Source: Candidatus Bathyarchaeota archaeon (lineage in GTDB: Archaea; Thermoproteota; CALKCG01; B24; DRYS01). Taken from it: DNA of 64,000 nt. Within the stretch, counting starts at the first letter, position 1. Every line of letters begins with the position of its first letter. The position numbers were made by a program, and so were the translations under genes. The notes under the pieces were generated by a model that ran no database searches, was not told the DNA's origin, and saw nothing but the letters and a program-made list of their open reading frames with translations. This document shows, piece after piece, positions 49,880 to 59,364 of this stretch. The DNA is taken from assembly GCA_018396535.1 (NCBI GenBank), contig JAGTQC010000004.1, positions 96,569 through 160,568 on the forward strand. Reading direction: 5' to 3'.

Positions 49880-50041
49880 GATACTTCACCCCTTTCTATC
49901 ATCTGATCTATCTAGCTTAAAACTACGAAATTCCATTTAGCTTAATTTAAATCTTTAGCTCCAATCATAGCGGCCTATACCTCGGTGGTGTATGATAACT
50001 TTAAGCTTAGTATCTATAGTATTAACTGTTTGAGTCTGGGT

Positions 50042-50728
50042 ATGACTCTATCAGCTAAGATATTCAAGTTAGTTGAGAGTATACCTATGGATGTCATAGC
50101 TAGGAAACTTAGAGAGTATAGGGAGGAGAAGATGTATGAGAAGATGGATACGAAACTTGATCTAGTAGTAGAGGTTAAGGATGTAGCCGCTTCTAGTGAT
50201 AGAATTAGAGCAGTCTTCTGTTTCGATAAACCGTTTTTCATAAAGCAGAGGGGTAGACTTACACCTGTAGTAAAAACCTATGAGAGTACCATTGTCTTCA
50301 GGCGTCTCTCAGAATCGATTATACTGATCGTATTAGAGAAGAAGCATAGAGCTAATATGATAGCTAACAAGCTGAGTGAGGTATTATTCATAAAGCGTGG
50401 CTTTATAACCGAGGCTAATATACCAGCTGATAATATGAGAAAGTTCCATGAGGAGAACCCTGAGGCTACGAAAGTTATATTCTTCGATGAAGTAGGTTTA
50501 CCCGGTATAGATAAGCTTTCACTTTATGGAGATAGCCTAAAGGATACAGATCTATATGCAGAGTATTCGAAACGTGGGAATATCTGGTATATCGTAACTA
50601 CATCTAGGAGTTACGGGATAACCGTAGGTATAGCACGGAATGGTATAGTAGTCGCATTCGGAAATGTAGGCGAGGGGGATTTCATAAGATTCATAGAGGA
50701 TGAGGTCCTACCCCTTATCCACGGATAG
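50042..50728 (+). CDS. Hypothetical protein (the ORF track extends it to 49985)
   Basis: Long ORF; ATG at 50042 (MTLSAKIF) lies downstream of a TTTAAG TATA-like element. Confidence 0.65.
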   Translation: MTLSAKIFKLVESIPMDVIARKLREYREEKMYEKMDTKLDLVVEVKDVAASSDRIRAVFCFDKPFFIKQRGRLTPVVKTYESTIVFRRLSESIILIVLEKKHRANMIANKLSEVLFIKRGFITEANIPADNMRKFHEENPEATKVIFFDEVGLPGIDKLSLYGDSLKDTDLYAEYSKRGNIWYIVTTSRSYGITVGIARNGIVVAFGNVGEGDFIRFIEDEVLPLIHG

Positions 50729-50796
50729 CTCTGAGAGAATATTAATTAGATACTGGCTTAGTAGGCTAACTATACTTAAAGCGGAGGAGGCTAGAG

Positions 50797-51198
50797 TTGG
50801 CTAGGAGGCTTGCTGTACTAGATGCCGAGCGTTGTGTAGGTTGTCAGATGTGTATGTTTGCTTGCAGCCGTAGATTCTCGCTTGGAGGATATGGTAGATC
50901 TGCTATTCATGTTAGAAGCGTGGGCGGTGTCGAGAAAGGCTTCACGGTGATAGTTTGTAGAGCATGTATAGATCCGCTATGCGCTAAAGTATGTCCTACG
51001 AATGCTTTGAGGAGGAGGGTTGGTGGGGGTGTACTTCTAGATCCATCTAAGTGTATAGGCTGTGGTAGGTGTGTTGATGCATGTACTATAGGAGCTGTAT
51101 TCTGGGATGAAGAGAAGAATAAACCGGTTATATGCGTCCACTGCGGATACTGTGTTAGATACTGCCCCTATAACGTCATAGGGTTGGAGGAGGTGTGA
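50797..51198 (+). CDS. Multi-4Fe-4S electron transfer subunit
   Basis: CVGCQMC, CRAC...CP, CIGCGRC and CVHCGYC..CP; overlaps the downstream AOR start. Confidence 0.9.
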   Translation: MARRLAVLDAERCVGCQMCMFACSRRFSLGGYGRSAIHVRSVGGVEKGFTVIVCRACIDPLCAKVCPTNALRRRVGGGVLLDPSKCIGCGRCVDACTIGAVFWDEEKNKPVICVHCGYCVRYCPYNVIGLEEV

Positions 51199-52949
51199 GT
51201 CTCTTGTGGAATGTATTGTATATAGATCTATCTAGGAGAGACTTCTGGGTTGAGGATAGGGGTGATCTATTCGATAGATGGCTCGGGGGTATCGGGGTAG
51301 CTATACAACTATTTAAAGAGGAGGTTAAGCCTGATGCAGATCCTTTAGGTCCTGATAACGTTATCGTATTTGCTATAGGCCCGTTGACATGTCTATACCC
51401 TATGGCTTCTAAGACTGTGGCCGTATTCAAATCACCTCTAACTGGTAATCTAGGTGAGAGTCATGCTGGTGGTAGGAGTGCTGTAGCTATACGTATGGCT
51501 GGGTACGGTGCGATAGTCGTTAAGGGTGCGAGCGATATCCCAGTATACTTGACTATAGGTGATGGGACGGTTAGGTTTAGAGACGCATCTGTATTATGGG
51601 GTGTACGTAGTACTATAACGGTCGGACGTATACTTAGGGAGAGGGAGGGTAAGAGAGGGTTAAGGACTATAATGCGTATAGGTAGAGCTGGAGAGAATCT
51701 TGTTAGATATGCTTGTGTAATAACCGAGACTTATAGACACTTCGGTAGGTTGGGGCTGGGGGCTGTCTTCGGTTCTAAGAAGCTTAAAGCTATAGTAGTA
51801 TATGGCAGGGAGTCTATACCTGTTAAAAATCCTGTCTTCTATCGTAGGGTATACGATGATATATACGATCTCGCTGTTAAAAGCGAACTTATGAAGAAAT
51901 ACCATGATATCGGTACATCTATGAACGTTAATATGCTTAACACTATTAAAGGCTTACCTACTATGAATCTTAGGAGCTCATACTTCGATAAAGCTGAGTT
52001 TATAAGCGGGGAGTATCTAGCTGAGACTAGGCTCGGTCGTAGAATTGCATGTAGTCACTGCCCCATAGCCTGTATACACTTAGCAGCTTTAAGAGAACCA
52101 TATAAGGGCGAGCCATACTTCTATAAGACTACATACGTCTCATACGATTATGAGCCTATCTATGCTCTAGGATCTATGCTCGGTATAAGCGATACTGATG
52201 GTTTGTTAAGACTCTTAGATACAGTTGAGATATACGGTCTCGATGCTATGAGTACTGGTGTAGTATTAGCATGGGCTACTGAAGCATACGAGAAGGGTTT
52301 AGTAACGATTAAGGATACGCTCATAGAACTTAGATGGGGCTATGTGGAGGGCTACTTGCAAGCTATAAGATACATAGTAGATCAGGTTAACCAGTTCTAT
52401 AGAGATCTAAGCTTAGGTGTGGATCATGCATCTAGAATCTATGGTGGGGTAGATTACGCTCTAGCCTTCGGTGGGAATGAGATGCCAGGCTACTCTACAG
52501 GCTATGGAGCATACCTAACATATCTTACTGGTGGGAGACATAGCCATTTAGATTCAGCTGGTTATAGCCTAGATGAGAAGCTTCTAGGTAAGCAGTATCC
52601 GCCTCCAGAGCAGCTTATAGATATGCTATTAGCTGAGGAGACTTGGAGACAGATACTATCCAGTCTAGTCATATGTTTCTTCGCTAGAGGTATATATACA
52701 GTTGATAAGGTTATCGAAGCTTTGAAAGCTCTAGGTGTAGATTATTCTAGAGAATCTCTGACGGATCTAGGCTTCGATATATACAAGGAGAAGTATAGAG
52801 TTAAGATGGGTCTAGGCTTCGATCTAGACTCCCTTAGGATACCTAGAAGGATCTTCGAAACCGAATCCTGCAGTAGGATGCTAGATGAAAGTTACATTAA
52901 TGCTGCGCTAGAATACTTTAAAGCAAAGATTAGAGGTATGTTATCCTAG
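51195..52949 (+). CDS. Aldehyde:ferredoxin oxidoreductase family protein
   Basis: KSPLTG, GRLGLGAVFGSKKLKA, CSHCPIAC and GLDAMS. Confidence 0.92.
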   Translation: MSLLWNVLYIDLSRRDFWVEDRGDLFDRWLGGIGVAIQLFKEEVKPDADPLGPDNVIVFAIGPLTCLYPMASKTVAVFKSPLTGNLGESHAGGRSAVAIRMAGYGAIVVKGASDIPVYLTIGDGTVRFRDASVLWGVRSTITVGRILREREGKRGLRTIMRIGRAGENLVRYACVITETYRHFGRLGLGAVFGSKKLKAIVVYGRESIPVKNPVFYRRVYDDIYDLAVKSELMKKYHDIGTSMNVNMLNTIKGLPTMNLRSSYFDKAEFISGEYLAETRLGRRIACSHCPIACIHLAALREPYKGEPYFYKTTYVSYDYEPIYALGSMLGISDTDGLLRLLDTVEIYGLDAMSTGVVLAWATEAYEKGLVTIKDTLIELRWGYVEGYLQAIRYIVDQVNQFYRDLSLGVDHASRIYGGVDYALAFGGNEMPGYSTGYGAYLTYLTGGRHSHLDSAGYSLDEKLLGKQYPPPEQLIDMLLAEETWRQILSSLVICFFARGIYTVDKVIEALKALGVDYSRESLTDLGFDIYKEKYRVKMGLGFDLDSLRIPRRIFETESCSRMLDESYINAALEYFKAKIRGMLS

Positions 52950-53007
52950 AGCATCCACACATTTTATTTTATGATTCGGTAAACATATACGTATAGGTAG
53001 GATCGAT

Positions 53008-54273
53008 TTGAACGGTTTAAGATCGCTACTAGAGGAAATAGAGGTAGAGAAGATTAGCGAACCCGTATCCACGGAGCTTGGTATAGTTAGCTATCTTAGA
53101 CGTTGTAAAGGTCCAGTATTATTCGAGAATATTAAAGGTTATCCTGGGTACAGGGGTATAGGTAATTTATGCTATTCTAGGGAAATAATAGCTAAAGCTT
53201 TAAGAGTAGATGTAGATAAGCTAATCGAGGAGTTAGCTTCTGCTCTCGATAAACCCCTTAGATACGATTATACAGATAGCGCCCCATTCCTAGATAATTG
53301 TGAAGGTAATCCTGATCTCAAGGAGATCTTACCGTTAGCAGTATTCCATGAGAAGCATAAACGATACTATACTACTGGTACGATAGTGTTAGCTAGAGAA
53401 CCGCCTAATGGTAGGATTAACGCTAGCTTCCATAGATTGATGTGGATTGGTGGAAATAGATTCGCTATAAGGATCGTACCCAGAGATCTATATAGGTTCT
53501 ATACCTGGAATAGGGATCATGGTATGGATACCAAGGTTGTGATAGTATGTGGTGTACATCCAGCTATATGTCTAGCTGCAGCTACATCCTACCCAGATTT
53601 GAATGAATTAGAGTATGCCCGTGTATTCTATGATTTCAAATGTATAAAGATCGATGGTATAGATGTACCTGCTGATGCAGAATTCGTTATGGTTGGATAT
53701 ATACTTCACGATGAGGAGTGGGAGGAAGGCCCGTTCATAGATATAACCGGTACATGGGATAAGGTTAGGATGCAGCCTATATTAGAAGTGGATCGCGTAT
53801 ACTGGCGTAATGATCCTATATGGCATTTTATACTACCTGGAGGGGTTGAACATAGACTCCTCATGGGGCTTCCCCAAGAACCTCGGATATATAGAATAGT
53901 TAAGAATACTGTACCTACTATCAGAAGCGTATATCTCACCCCTGGAGGTTGCTCATGGCTTCACGCCGTTATATCTATAGATAAGAGGAGTGAGGGTGAA
54001 GGCGTTAACGCTGGTTTAGCGGCTTTAGCAGCTCATCCGAGTTTAAAACTGGTTATAGTAGTCGATTTAGATATAAATATCTATAATCCTGAAGAGGTTG
54101 AATGGGCTTTAGCTACTAGGCTTCAACCAGATAAGGGTGTACATATCATAAGGGGTGCTCATGGGTCGTCACTAGATCCATCTACAGGTAAGACTGGATT
54201 AACTTCTAAATGGATTATAGATGCTACCCTACCTGTAGACGCTAATAGAGAGGATTATAGGAGAGAATGGTAG
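53008..54273 (+). CDS. UbiD family decarboxylase (probable trans-anhydromevalonate 5-phosphate decarboxylase)
   Basis: NASFHR, EEGPF, EHRLLMG, VEWALATR and GSSLDPS; adjacent to the AcnX pair. Confidence 0.88.
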   Translation: MNGLRSLLEEIEVEKISEPVSTELGIVSYLRRCKGPVLFENIKGYPGYRGIGNLCYSREIIAKALRVDVDKLIEELASALDKPLRYDYTDSAPFLDNCEGNPDLKEILPLAVFHEKHKRYYTTGTIVLAREPPNGRINASFHRLMWIGGNRFAIRIVPRDLYRFYTWNRDHGMDTKVVIVCGVHPAICLAAATSYPDLNELEYARVFYDFKCIKIDGIDVPADAEFVMVGYILHDEEWEEGPFIDITGTWDKVRMQPILEVDRVYWRNDPIWHFILPGGVEHRLLMGLPQEPRIYRIVKNTVPTIRSVYLTPGGCSWLHAVISIDKRSEGEGVNAGLAALAAHPSLKLVIVVDLDINIYNPEEVEWALATRLQPDKGVHIIRGAHGSSLDPSTGKTGLTSKWIIDATLPVDANREDYRREW

Positions 54274-54300
54274 ACTAGATTACCAGGTTTATCGTTTAGG

Positions 54301-55503
54301 GTGATATCCGATTTGTATCTATCTAGCTATGAGGAACGTATACTTAAGGGTGAATACGGTTATGCTAAGCAGAAAGCTATGGAAATACTAGTAGCTCTAG
54401 GCGATCTCTATGGAGCTGAGAAGTTAATCCCTATATCTTCCGCTCAGATAGCTGGTGTAAGCTATACGTCCATAGGAGATGAAGGTTTAGAATGGCTTGA
54501 AAGCCTTATGGATGGCCAGGTTGAGGTACTATCGACTCTAAATCCAGCCGGTATGGATCTAGATAGGTGGAGAGATATGGGCATACCGATAGATTACGCT
54601 TCTAAACAAATTAGGATTATAGAAGCATATAGTAGGCTTGGGGCTCTACCAGTATGCACATGTACACCATATCTATCAGGTAACCTACCCACATATGGAT
54701 GCCATATAGCATGGGCTGAATCCTCTGCTGTAGTCTTCGCCAATTCTGTATTAAAAGCTAAGACTAATAGGGAGGGAGGGCCTTCTGCTCTAGCTGCAGC
54801 TATCGTAGGTAGGACTCCGCTATACGGGTTACATCTAGATGAGAATCGAATATCTAACGTATCGATCAGAATCGAAATCGATCTCACTGATACTTGGGAG
54901 TATAGCGTACTAGGGTTTTGGATTGGTAGAACGTTGAAGATGGATGATGTACCATTTATCGAAGGATTGAAAACATACGATACAGATAGATTTAAAGCTA
55001 TTGGTGCTTCTATGGCTTCGATAAGTAGTATGAGTATATTTAACGCAGATGTACTAGGCGATAGTAGACCTGAGTCATGTGAGAAACTATCGTTCGATAG
55101 ATCTATACTTATGGATACTATCGAGACGCTACCAGATACATCCATGGATAAGGGTTGTGTAGATATAGTATGTCTAGGCTGTCCTCATCTATCGCTATGG
55201 GAGTTGAAGGTTATAGCTAACCTACTTAGAGGTAGGAGGGTTAGGAAGGATGTGAATCTATGGTTATTCACATCGAGAGCCGTATATAGTGTAGCAGAAA
55301 AGTGTGGTATAGTAAGCGAGATAGAATCTGTAGGTGGAAAAGTCTATAGAGATGCATGTCCAGCCCTAGCTCCGCTATCATCTATAGGCTATAAGGTTAT
55401 GGTTACAGATTCTCTTAAGATGTGGTTCTATGGCAGGCATCTAGCTGGTTTAGAGACTATATTCTCACCGACCATCGATTGTATATACGTTGCTTCTAGG
55501 TGA
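54301..55503 (+). CDS. Aconitase X catalytic subunit (probable phosphomevalonate dehydratase large subunit)
   Basis: AQIAGVSY, CTCTPY, WAESSA, NREGGP, GCPH and DAC. Confidence 0.9.
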   Translation: MISDLYLSSYEERILKGEYGYAKQKAMEILVALGDLYGAEKLIPISSAQIAGVSYTSIGDEGLEWLESLMDGQVEVLSTLNPAGMDLDRWRDMGIPIDYASKQIRIIEAYSRLGALPVCTCTPYLSGNLPTYGCHIAWAESSAVVFANSVLKAKTNREGGPSALAAAIVGRTPLYGLHLDENRISNVSIRIEIDLTDTWEYSVLGFWIGRTLKMDDVPFIEGLKTYDTDRFKAIGASMASISSMSIFNADVLGDSRPESCEKLSFDRSILMDTIETLPDTSMDKGCVDIVCLGCPHLSLWELKVIANLLRGRRVRKDVNLWLFTSRAVYSVAEKCGIVSEIESVGGKVYRDACPALAPLSSIGYKVMVTDSLKMWFYGRHLAGLETIFSPTIDCIYVASR

Positions 55504-55510
55504 GTAGGCT

Positions 55511-55903
55511 ATGCGTATAAAATGTAGACGTCTAGTAGGAGGATACGCAGAGGGATACTCCTTAGTATCACCTGAACCTATAAGCTTCTTCGGAGGTGTA
55601 GATCCATCGACTGGTTTAGTAATCGATAGACTTAATCCTATAAGAGGAGAGAGTATATCTGGGAGGATACTGGTATTCCCTGGAGGTAAAGGCTCAACCG
55701 TCGGCTCCTATATACTTTACAGACTTGCGAAGCATGGATTAGCTCCTAAAGCTATGATATGTCTAGAAGCAGATCCAGTAGTAGCTGTAGGTGCAGTATT
55801 AGCTGGAATACCCCTACTAGATAAACCTGAATACTACATATTCAAGACGGGCATGTATCTTAGAGTGTATGGCGATGAAGGGCTCGTAGAAATAGTATCA
55901 TAG
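55511..55903 (+). CDS. Aconitase X swiveling subunit, DUF126 (probable phosphomevalonate dehydratase small subunit)
   Basis: ISFFGGVDP..G and GKGSTVGS. Confidence 0.9.
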   Translation: MRIKCRRLVGGYAEGYSLVSPEPISFFGGVDPSTGLVIDRLNPIRGESISGRILVFPGGKGSTVGSYILYRLAKHGLAPKAMICLEADPVVAVGAVLAGIPLLDKPEYYIFKTGMYLRVYGDEGLVEIVS

Positions 55904-55908
55904 GAAAT

Positions 55909-57075
55909 TTAACCTGTATGTATTTCTACTATATCACCATCCCTAAGCCTATAGTTCAACCCAACTCTCATAGAATTCGCTTCGATAGATCCACTCCACA
56001 CCCTGGCATACCTAAACTTCTCCTTCAACTCCGTGTGTATAATCGAAGCTACATCACCTACTGTAGAACCTTCCCTCAATACTATAGGCTTAGGATCAGG
56101 AGGGTTACCCGGCTTCTTAGTATACACTCTTATAATCTTCATAACTCCTAGTATCGATGGTGCGATTAGATCCAGCCCTTCACCTGTAACGCATGATACA
56201 CCTATCACATGTAGATTGCTAGTTAAACTCTTCTTCAATTTCTCTAACCTCATCCTAGCTCCAGGTAGATCTATCTTCGAACCGACTACTATAGAGGGCT
56301 TATACTGGTATGAGCCGAATAATGAATCTTCGATATCATCTAGCGTAACTTCACCGTGAATCCTAACTATAGCTGAAGATATCCTATAGCTCATCAATAA
56401 TTTCTTAATATCATCGATAGTCGAATCGACAATTCTCCCCCCTACAACCCTAATACCACCAGTATCGGTCCTCTCTATCTCTACATAGCCTCTAGGCTCT
56501 TCCACTAGTATCCTAGCCTCCCTAAGCTCTGATACAATCTCTGTGAAATCTCTCACAGGATCATCTGATAGGTCTACCATAATGATAAGGCAATCAGCAG
56601 TCCTAGCTAGGTTTAGAGTAGTAAACCCTCTACTACAGCCCTCTCCGAATTTACGAGTAAGCGGAGGAGCTTCTATAAGTTGTATTCTTACACCGTTATA
56701 GGTTAGCATACCTGGTATAGGTTTTAGAGTGGTGAAAGGTCTATCTGAAATCTCAGGTTTAGCATTGGTTAAAGCTGATAGTAGACTGCTCCTACCTGAT
56801 TTCGTATACCCTATTATAACTGCTTGTATATCACCAGACTTCTCGATTACTAGACTTTCATGTCTACTACGAGCTTTAACTCTACGTATGTATTCGAGTT
56901 CATCTTCGAGTTGCGCTATCCTACGTTTAACATGGGCTATAAGCTTTTCAGTACCCTTATGCTTAGGGCAGAGGGCTAGAAACTCACGCATAAGCCTTAT
57001 TTTCTCCCTAGGATCCTTCGCAGCTACTACTTCAGCCCACTTGATCTTCGCACGTATAGGTAGATTCGTAACCAT
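55909..57075 (-). CDS. DRG/OBG-family GTPase-like protein with TGS domain (degenerate G motifs)
   Basis: PKHKGTEKL, PFTT, IRVYTK and C-terminal TGS LRDGDIVEIH. Confidence 0.88.
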   Translation of the reverse strand: MVTNLPIRAKIKWAEVVAAKDPREKIRLMREFLALCPKHKGTEKLIAHVKRRIAQLEDELEYIRRVKARSRHESLVIEKSGDIQAVIIGYTKSGRSSLLSALTNAKPEISDRPFTTLKPIPGMLTYNGVRIQLIEAPPLTRKFGEGCSRGFTTLNLARTADCLIIMVDLSDDPVRDFTEIVSELREARILVEEPRGYVEIERTDTGGIRVVGGRIVDSTIDDIKKLLMSYRISSAIVRIHGEVTLDDIEDSLFGSYQYKPSIVVGSKIDLPGARMRLEKLKKSLTSNLHVIGVSCVTGEGLDLIAPSILGVMKIIRVYTKKPGNPPDPKPIVLREGSTVGDVASIIHTELKEKFRYARVWSGSIEANSMRVGLNYRLRDGDIVEIHTG

Positions 57076-57173
57076 AACTTCTAAATCCTGACGTTATATT
57101 ACACTATGTAGGAGACCCAAAAATATTTTGAATGCAACTTCTAAATCATATTAGATGGTTCGGTGATGTATAC

Positions 57174-58103
57174 ATGATAGCTGTCCTAGCTGGAGGTGTT
57201 GGTGCAGCTAAATTCCTGCAGGGTCTCGTAAGAGTAGTCAATTCCAGTGAGATTAAGGTTATAGTGAATACAGCTGATGATATAGATATCTACGGTGTAC
57301 ATGTATCCCCCGACATAGATATAGTAACTTATAGTCTAGCTGGGATATTCGATGAAGATAGAGGATGGGGTATTAGAGGAGATACGTTCAACTTTGTCGA
57401 GAATCTAGCGAAGTTTGGGATCGAGAACTGGTTTAAACTAGGTGATATGGATCTAGCTACATGCTTCTATCGAACAATACTCATGAAGAGGGGTCTTAGT
57501 ATAACGGAAGCTACGCGTAGAATTCGTAAAGCTCTGAACGTCGAAGTCGATATATTACCTATGACCGATAATCCTGTACAGACCTATATAGAGACTGATA
57601 TAGGGCTCCTCCACATACAGGAATATATGGTTAAGTATAGGTGTGAACCCAGTATACTAGGCTTAGAATTTAAGGGTATAGAGGAGGCTGAAGCTACAAA
57701 CGAAGTTTTAGAAGCTCTAGAGGATTGTAGCGGTGTCATATTATGCCCCAGTAATCCTATAATTAGTATCGGACCTATATTATCCGTTAAAGGTATTAGG
57801 GATAAACTTAGAGAAGCAAGCTATCCTAAGGTAGCTATTACGCCAATAATAGCAGGAGCACCTGTTAAAGGTCCTGCAGATAAGTTTATGAGGTTTCTCG
57901 GTGTCGAGGTATCCCCCTACGGTGTCGCTTGGCTCTATAGAGATTTTCTCGATGGATTAGTAGTAGATGTAAGGGATTCATTCCAAACAGTTAGGATTGA
58001 GGGTCTCGGGATAAAAGCTTTAACTACAGATACATTGATGAAATCTATAGAGGATAAGATTCGAGTAGCGAGAACAGCGTTAAATCTAATGGAGATATCG
58101 TGA
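57174..58103 (+). CDS. cofD: 2-phospho-L-lactate transferase
   Basis: LAGGVGAAK, NTADD, SPDID, LGDMD, PSNPIISIGP and VKGPADK; GGTGA SD before ATG 57174. Confidence 0.95.
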   Translation: MIAVLAGGVGAAKFLQGLVRVVNSSEIKVIVNTADDIDIYGVHVSPDIDIVTYSLAGIFDEDRGWGIRGDTFNFVENLAKFGIENWFKLGDMDLATCFYRTILMKRGLSITEATRRIRKALNVEVDILPMTDNPVQTYIETDIGLLHIQEYMVKYRCEPSILGLEFKGIEEAEATNEVLEALEDCSGVILCPSNPIISIGPILSVKGIRDKLREASYPKVAITPIIAGAPVKGPADKFMRFLGVEVSPYGVAWLYRDFLDGLVVDVRDSFQTVRIEGLGIKALTTDTLMKSIEDKIRVARTALNLMEIS

Positions 58104-58759
58104 TGAATCTAGTAGTAATACCTGTTAAGAATCTCAGAGATTCTAAGAGTAGGTTATCAGTTTTTATCTCTGACGAAGATAGAGCTAAATTAACACTAGC
58201 TATGCTCTTAGATGAGCTCAAAGTTTTAGAGAAGACATCGATAGAAAAGGTAGCTTTAGTTTCATCAGATAGGAGAATAAAGGTTCTAGCTCATAGATAC
58301 GGATTAGAATTCATAGATGATAAAGGTCTACCGTTAAATGATTCGTTAAAGTTAGCTTCGCTATGGGCTTTAGAAAGGGGCATCGATACTATGATAGTAA
58401 TACCGGTCGATATACCATCCATAAATCCAGATGATATAGAAGCTGTACTTGACATAATAGGTTTAGAGCATGGTAGTATAGCAGTTATAGCTCCCTGTAG
58501 AAGATTTGATGGGACAAATCTACTAGCTCTAAAGCCGTTTAAAAAATTCGATTTCAGATTTGGTAGGAATAGCTATAGGCAACATATAGGTGAGGCAGCA
58601 TTACTCGGTTTCGAAGTATACGTATACATGTCTGAGAATATATCGCTAGATATAGATACGATAGAGGATCTTCTCCACCTATATAGGGTAATAGATCGCA
58701 ACAGTATGACGTTTAGCATCCTCGAGAATATCCTGAAAAACTCCACTTTCCACTCTTAA
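58100..58759 (+). CDS. cofC: 2-phospho-L-lactate guanylyltransferase
   Basis: IPVK..SKSRL, DIP, GTN, FGRNS and LDIDT.EDL; overlaps the cofD stop. Confidence 0.9.
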   Translation: MMNLVVIPVKNLRDSKSRLSVFISDEDRAKLTLAMLLDELKVLEKTSIEKVALVSSDRRIKVLAHRYGLEFIDDKGLPLNDSLKLASLWALERGIDTMIVIPVDIPSINPDDIEAVLDIIGLEHGSIAVIAPCRRFDGTNLLALKPFKKFDFRFGRNSYRQHIGEAALLGFEVYVYMSENISLDIDTIEDLLHLYRVIDRNSMTFSILENILKNSTFHS

Positions 58760-59333
58760 ACGTAAATCTACCCTTAGGATCCATCCTAAGTATCATAGAT
58801 AAACTCCTTTTAGAAGGTATCTCAAATCCCTTCTCAGATAGAAGTAGATATAGTACCCCTATAGGCTGCGGCCCCTTCTCAGATAATATTTTAGACGAAG
58901 CATTCCTTATATCTTCAGCAAAATCCAAGTATCTGGGTCTTACCCCTATATGTATCCCGGTAGACTCTCTAACAATCTCATCGTATAGTCTATCCTTTAA
59001 CTCAACTACTATGTATCGCCCCGATAGCATAGCTATCCTATGAGCTATAATATGATAGCATAGCTTAACCCTACCCTCTACCACGTTGAAGTAGAAATCT
59101 TCACAACTACAATATCCTGAAGCTGGTAGTATGATACGTCTCCCCCCTCTCCCATCGACTACCCATACGACTTGTCTACTCGGCTTAAATACGTATAGTT
59201 TAACCCTCCCCTCCATAACGCTTCTCACAGCTTTATCTACCCTAGATTTACCAAATCTAGATGCTAACCTCTCTAGTAGATTAGAGTCTATTAATCCTCT
59301 ACTCTCTCTAAGAATCTCTACGAGCTCCTCCAC
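58713..59333 (-). CDS. SWIM zinc-finger protein with C-terminal winged-helix-like domain
   Basis: CSCEDF...CYH; C-terminal LSMILRMDPKGRF...GKW. Confidence 0.7.
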   Translation of the reverse strand: MEELVEILRESRGLIDSNLLERLASRFGKSRVDKAVRSVMEGRVKLYVFKPSRQVVWVVDGRGGRRIILPASGYCSCEDFYFNVVEGRVKLCYHIIAHRIAMLSGRYIVVELKDRLYDEIVRESTGIHIGVRPRYLDFAEDIRNASSKILSEKGPQPIGVLYLLLSEKGFEIPSKRSLSMILRMDPKGRFTFKSGKWSFSGYSRGC

Positions 59334-59364
59334 ACCTAATACCAGTCCTTACTATATCTCTTAC

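Noticed and set aside
49884-49895. 11-nt match AAAGGGGTGAA between the rps17e leader and the EF-2 exon 1/intron boundary
   Set aside because: Short and SD-like; no complementary arm or BHB at rps17e.
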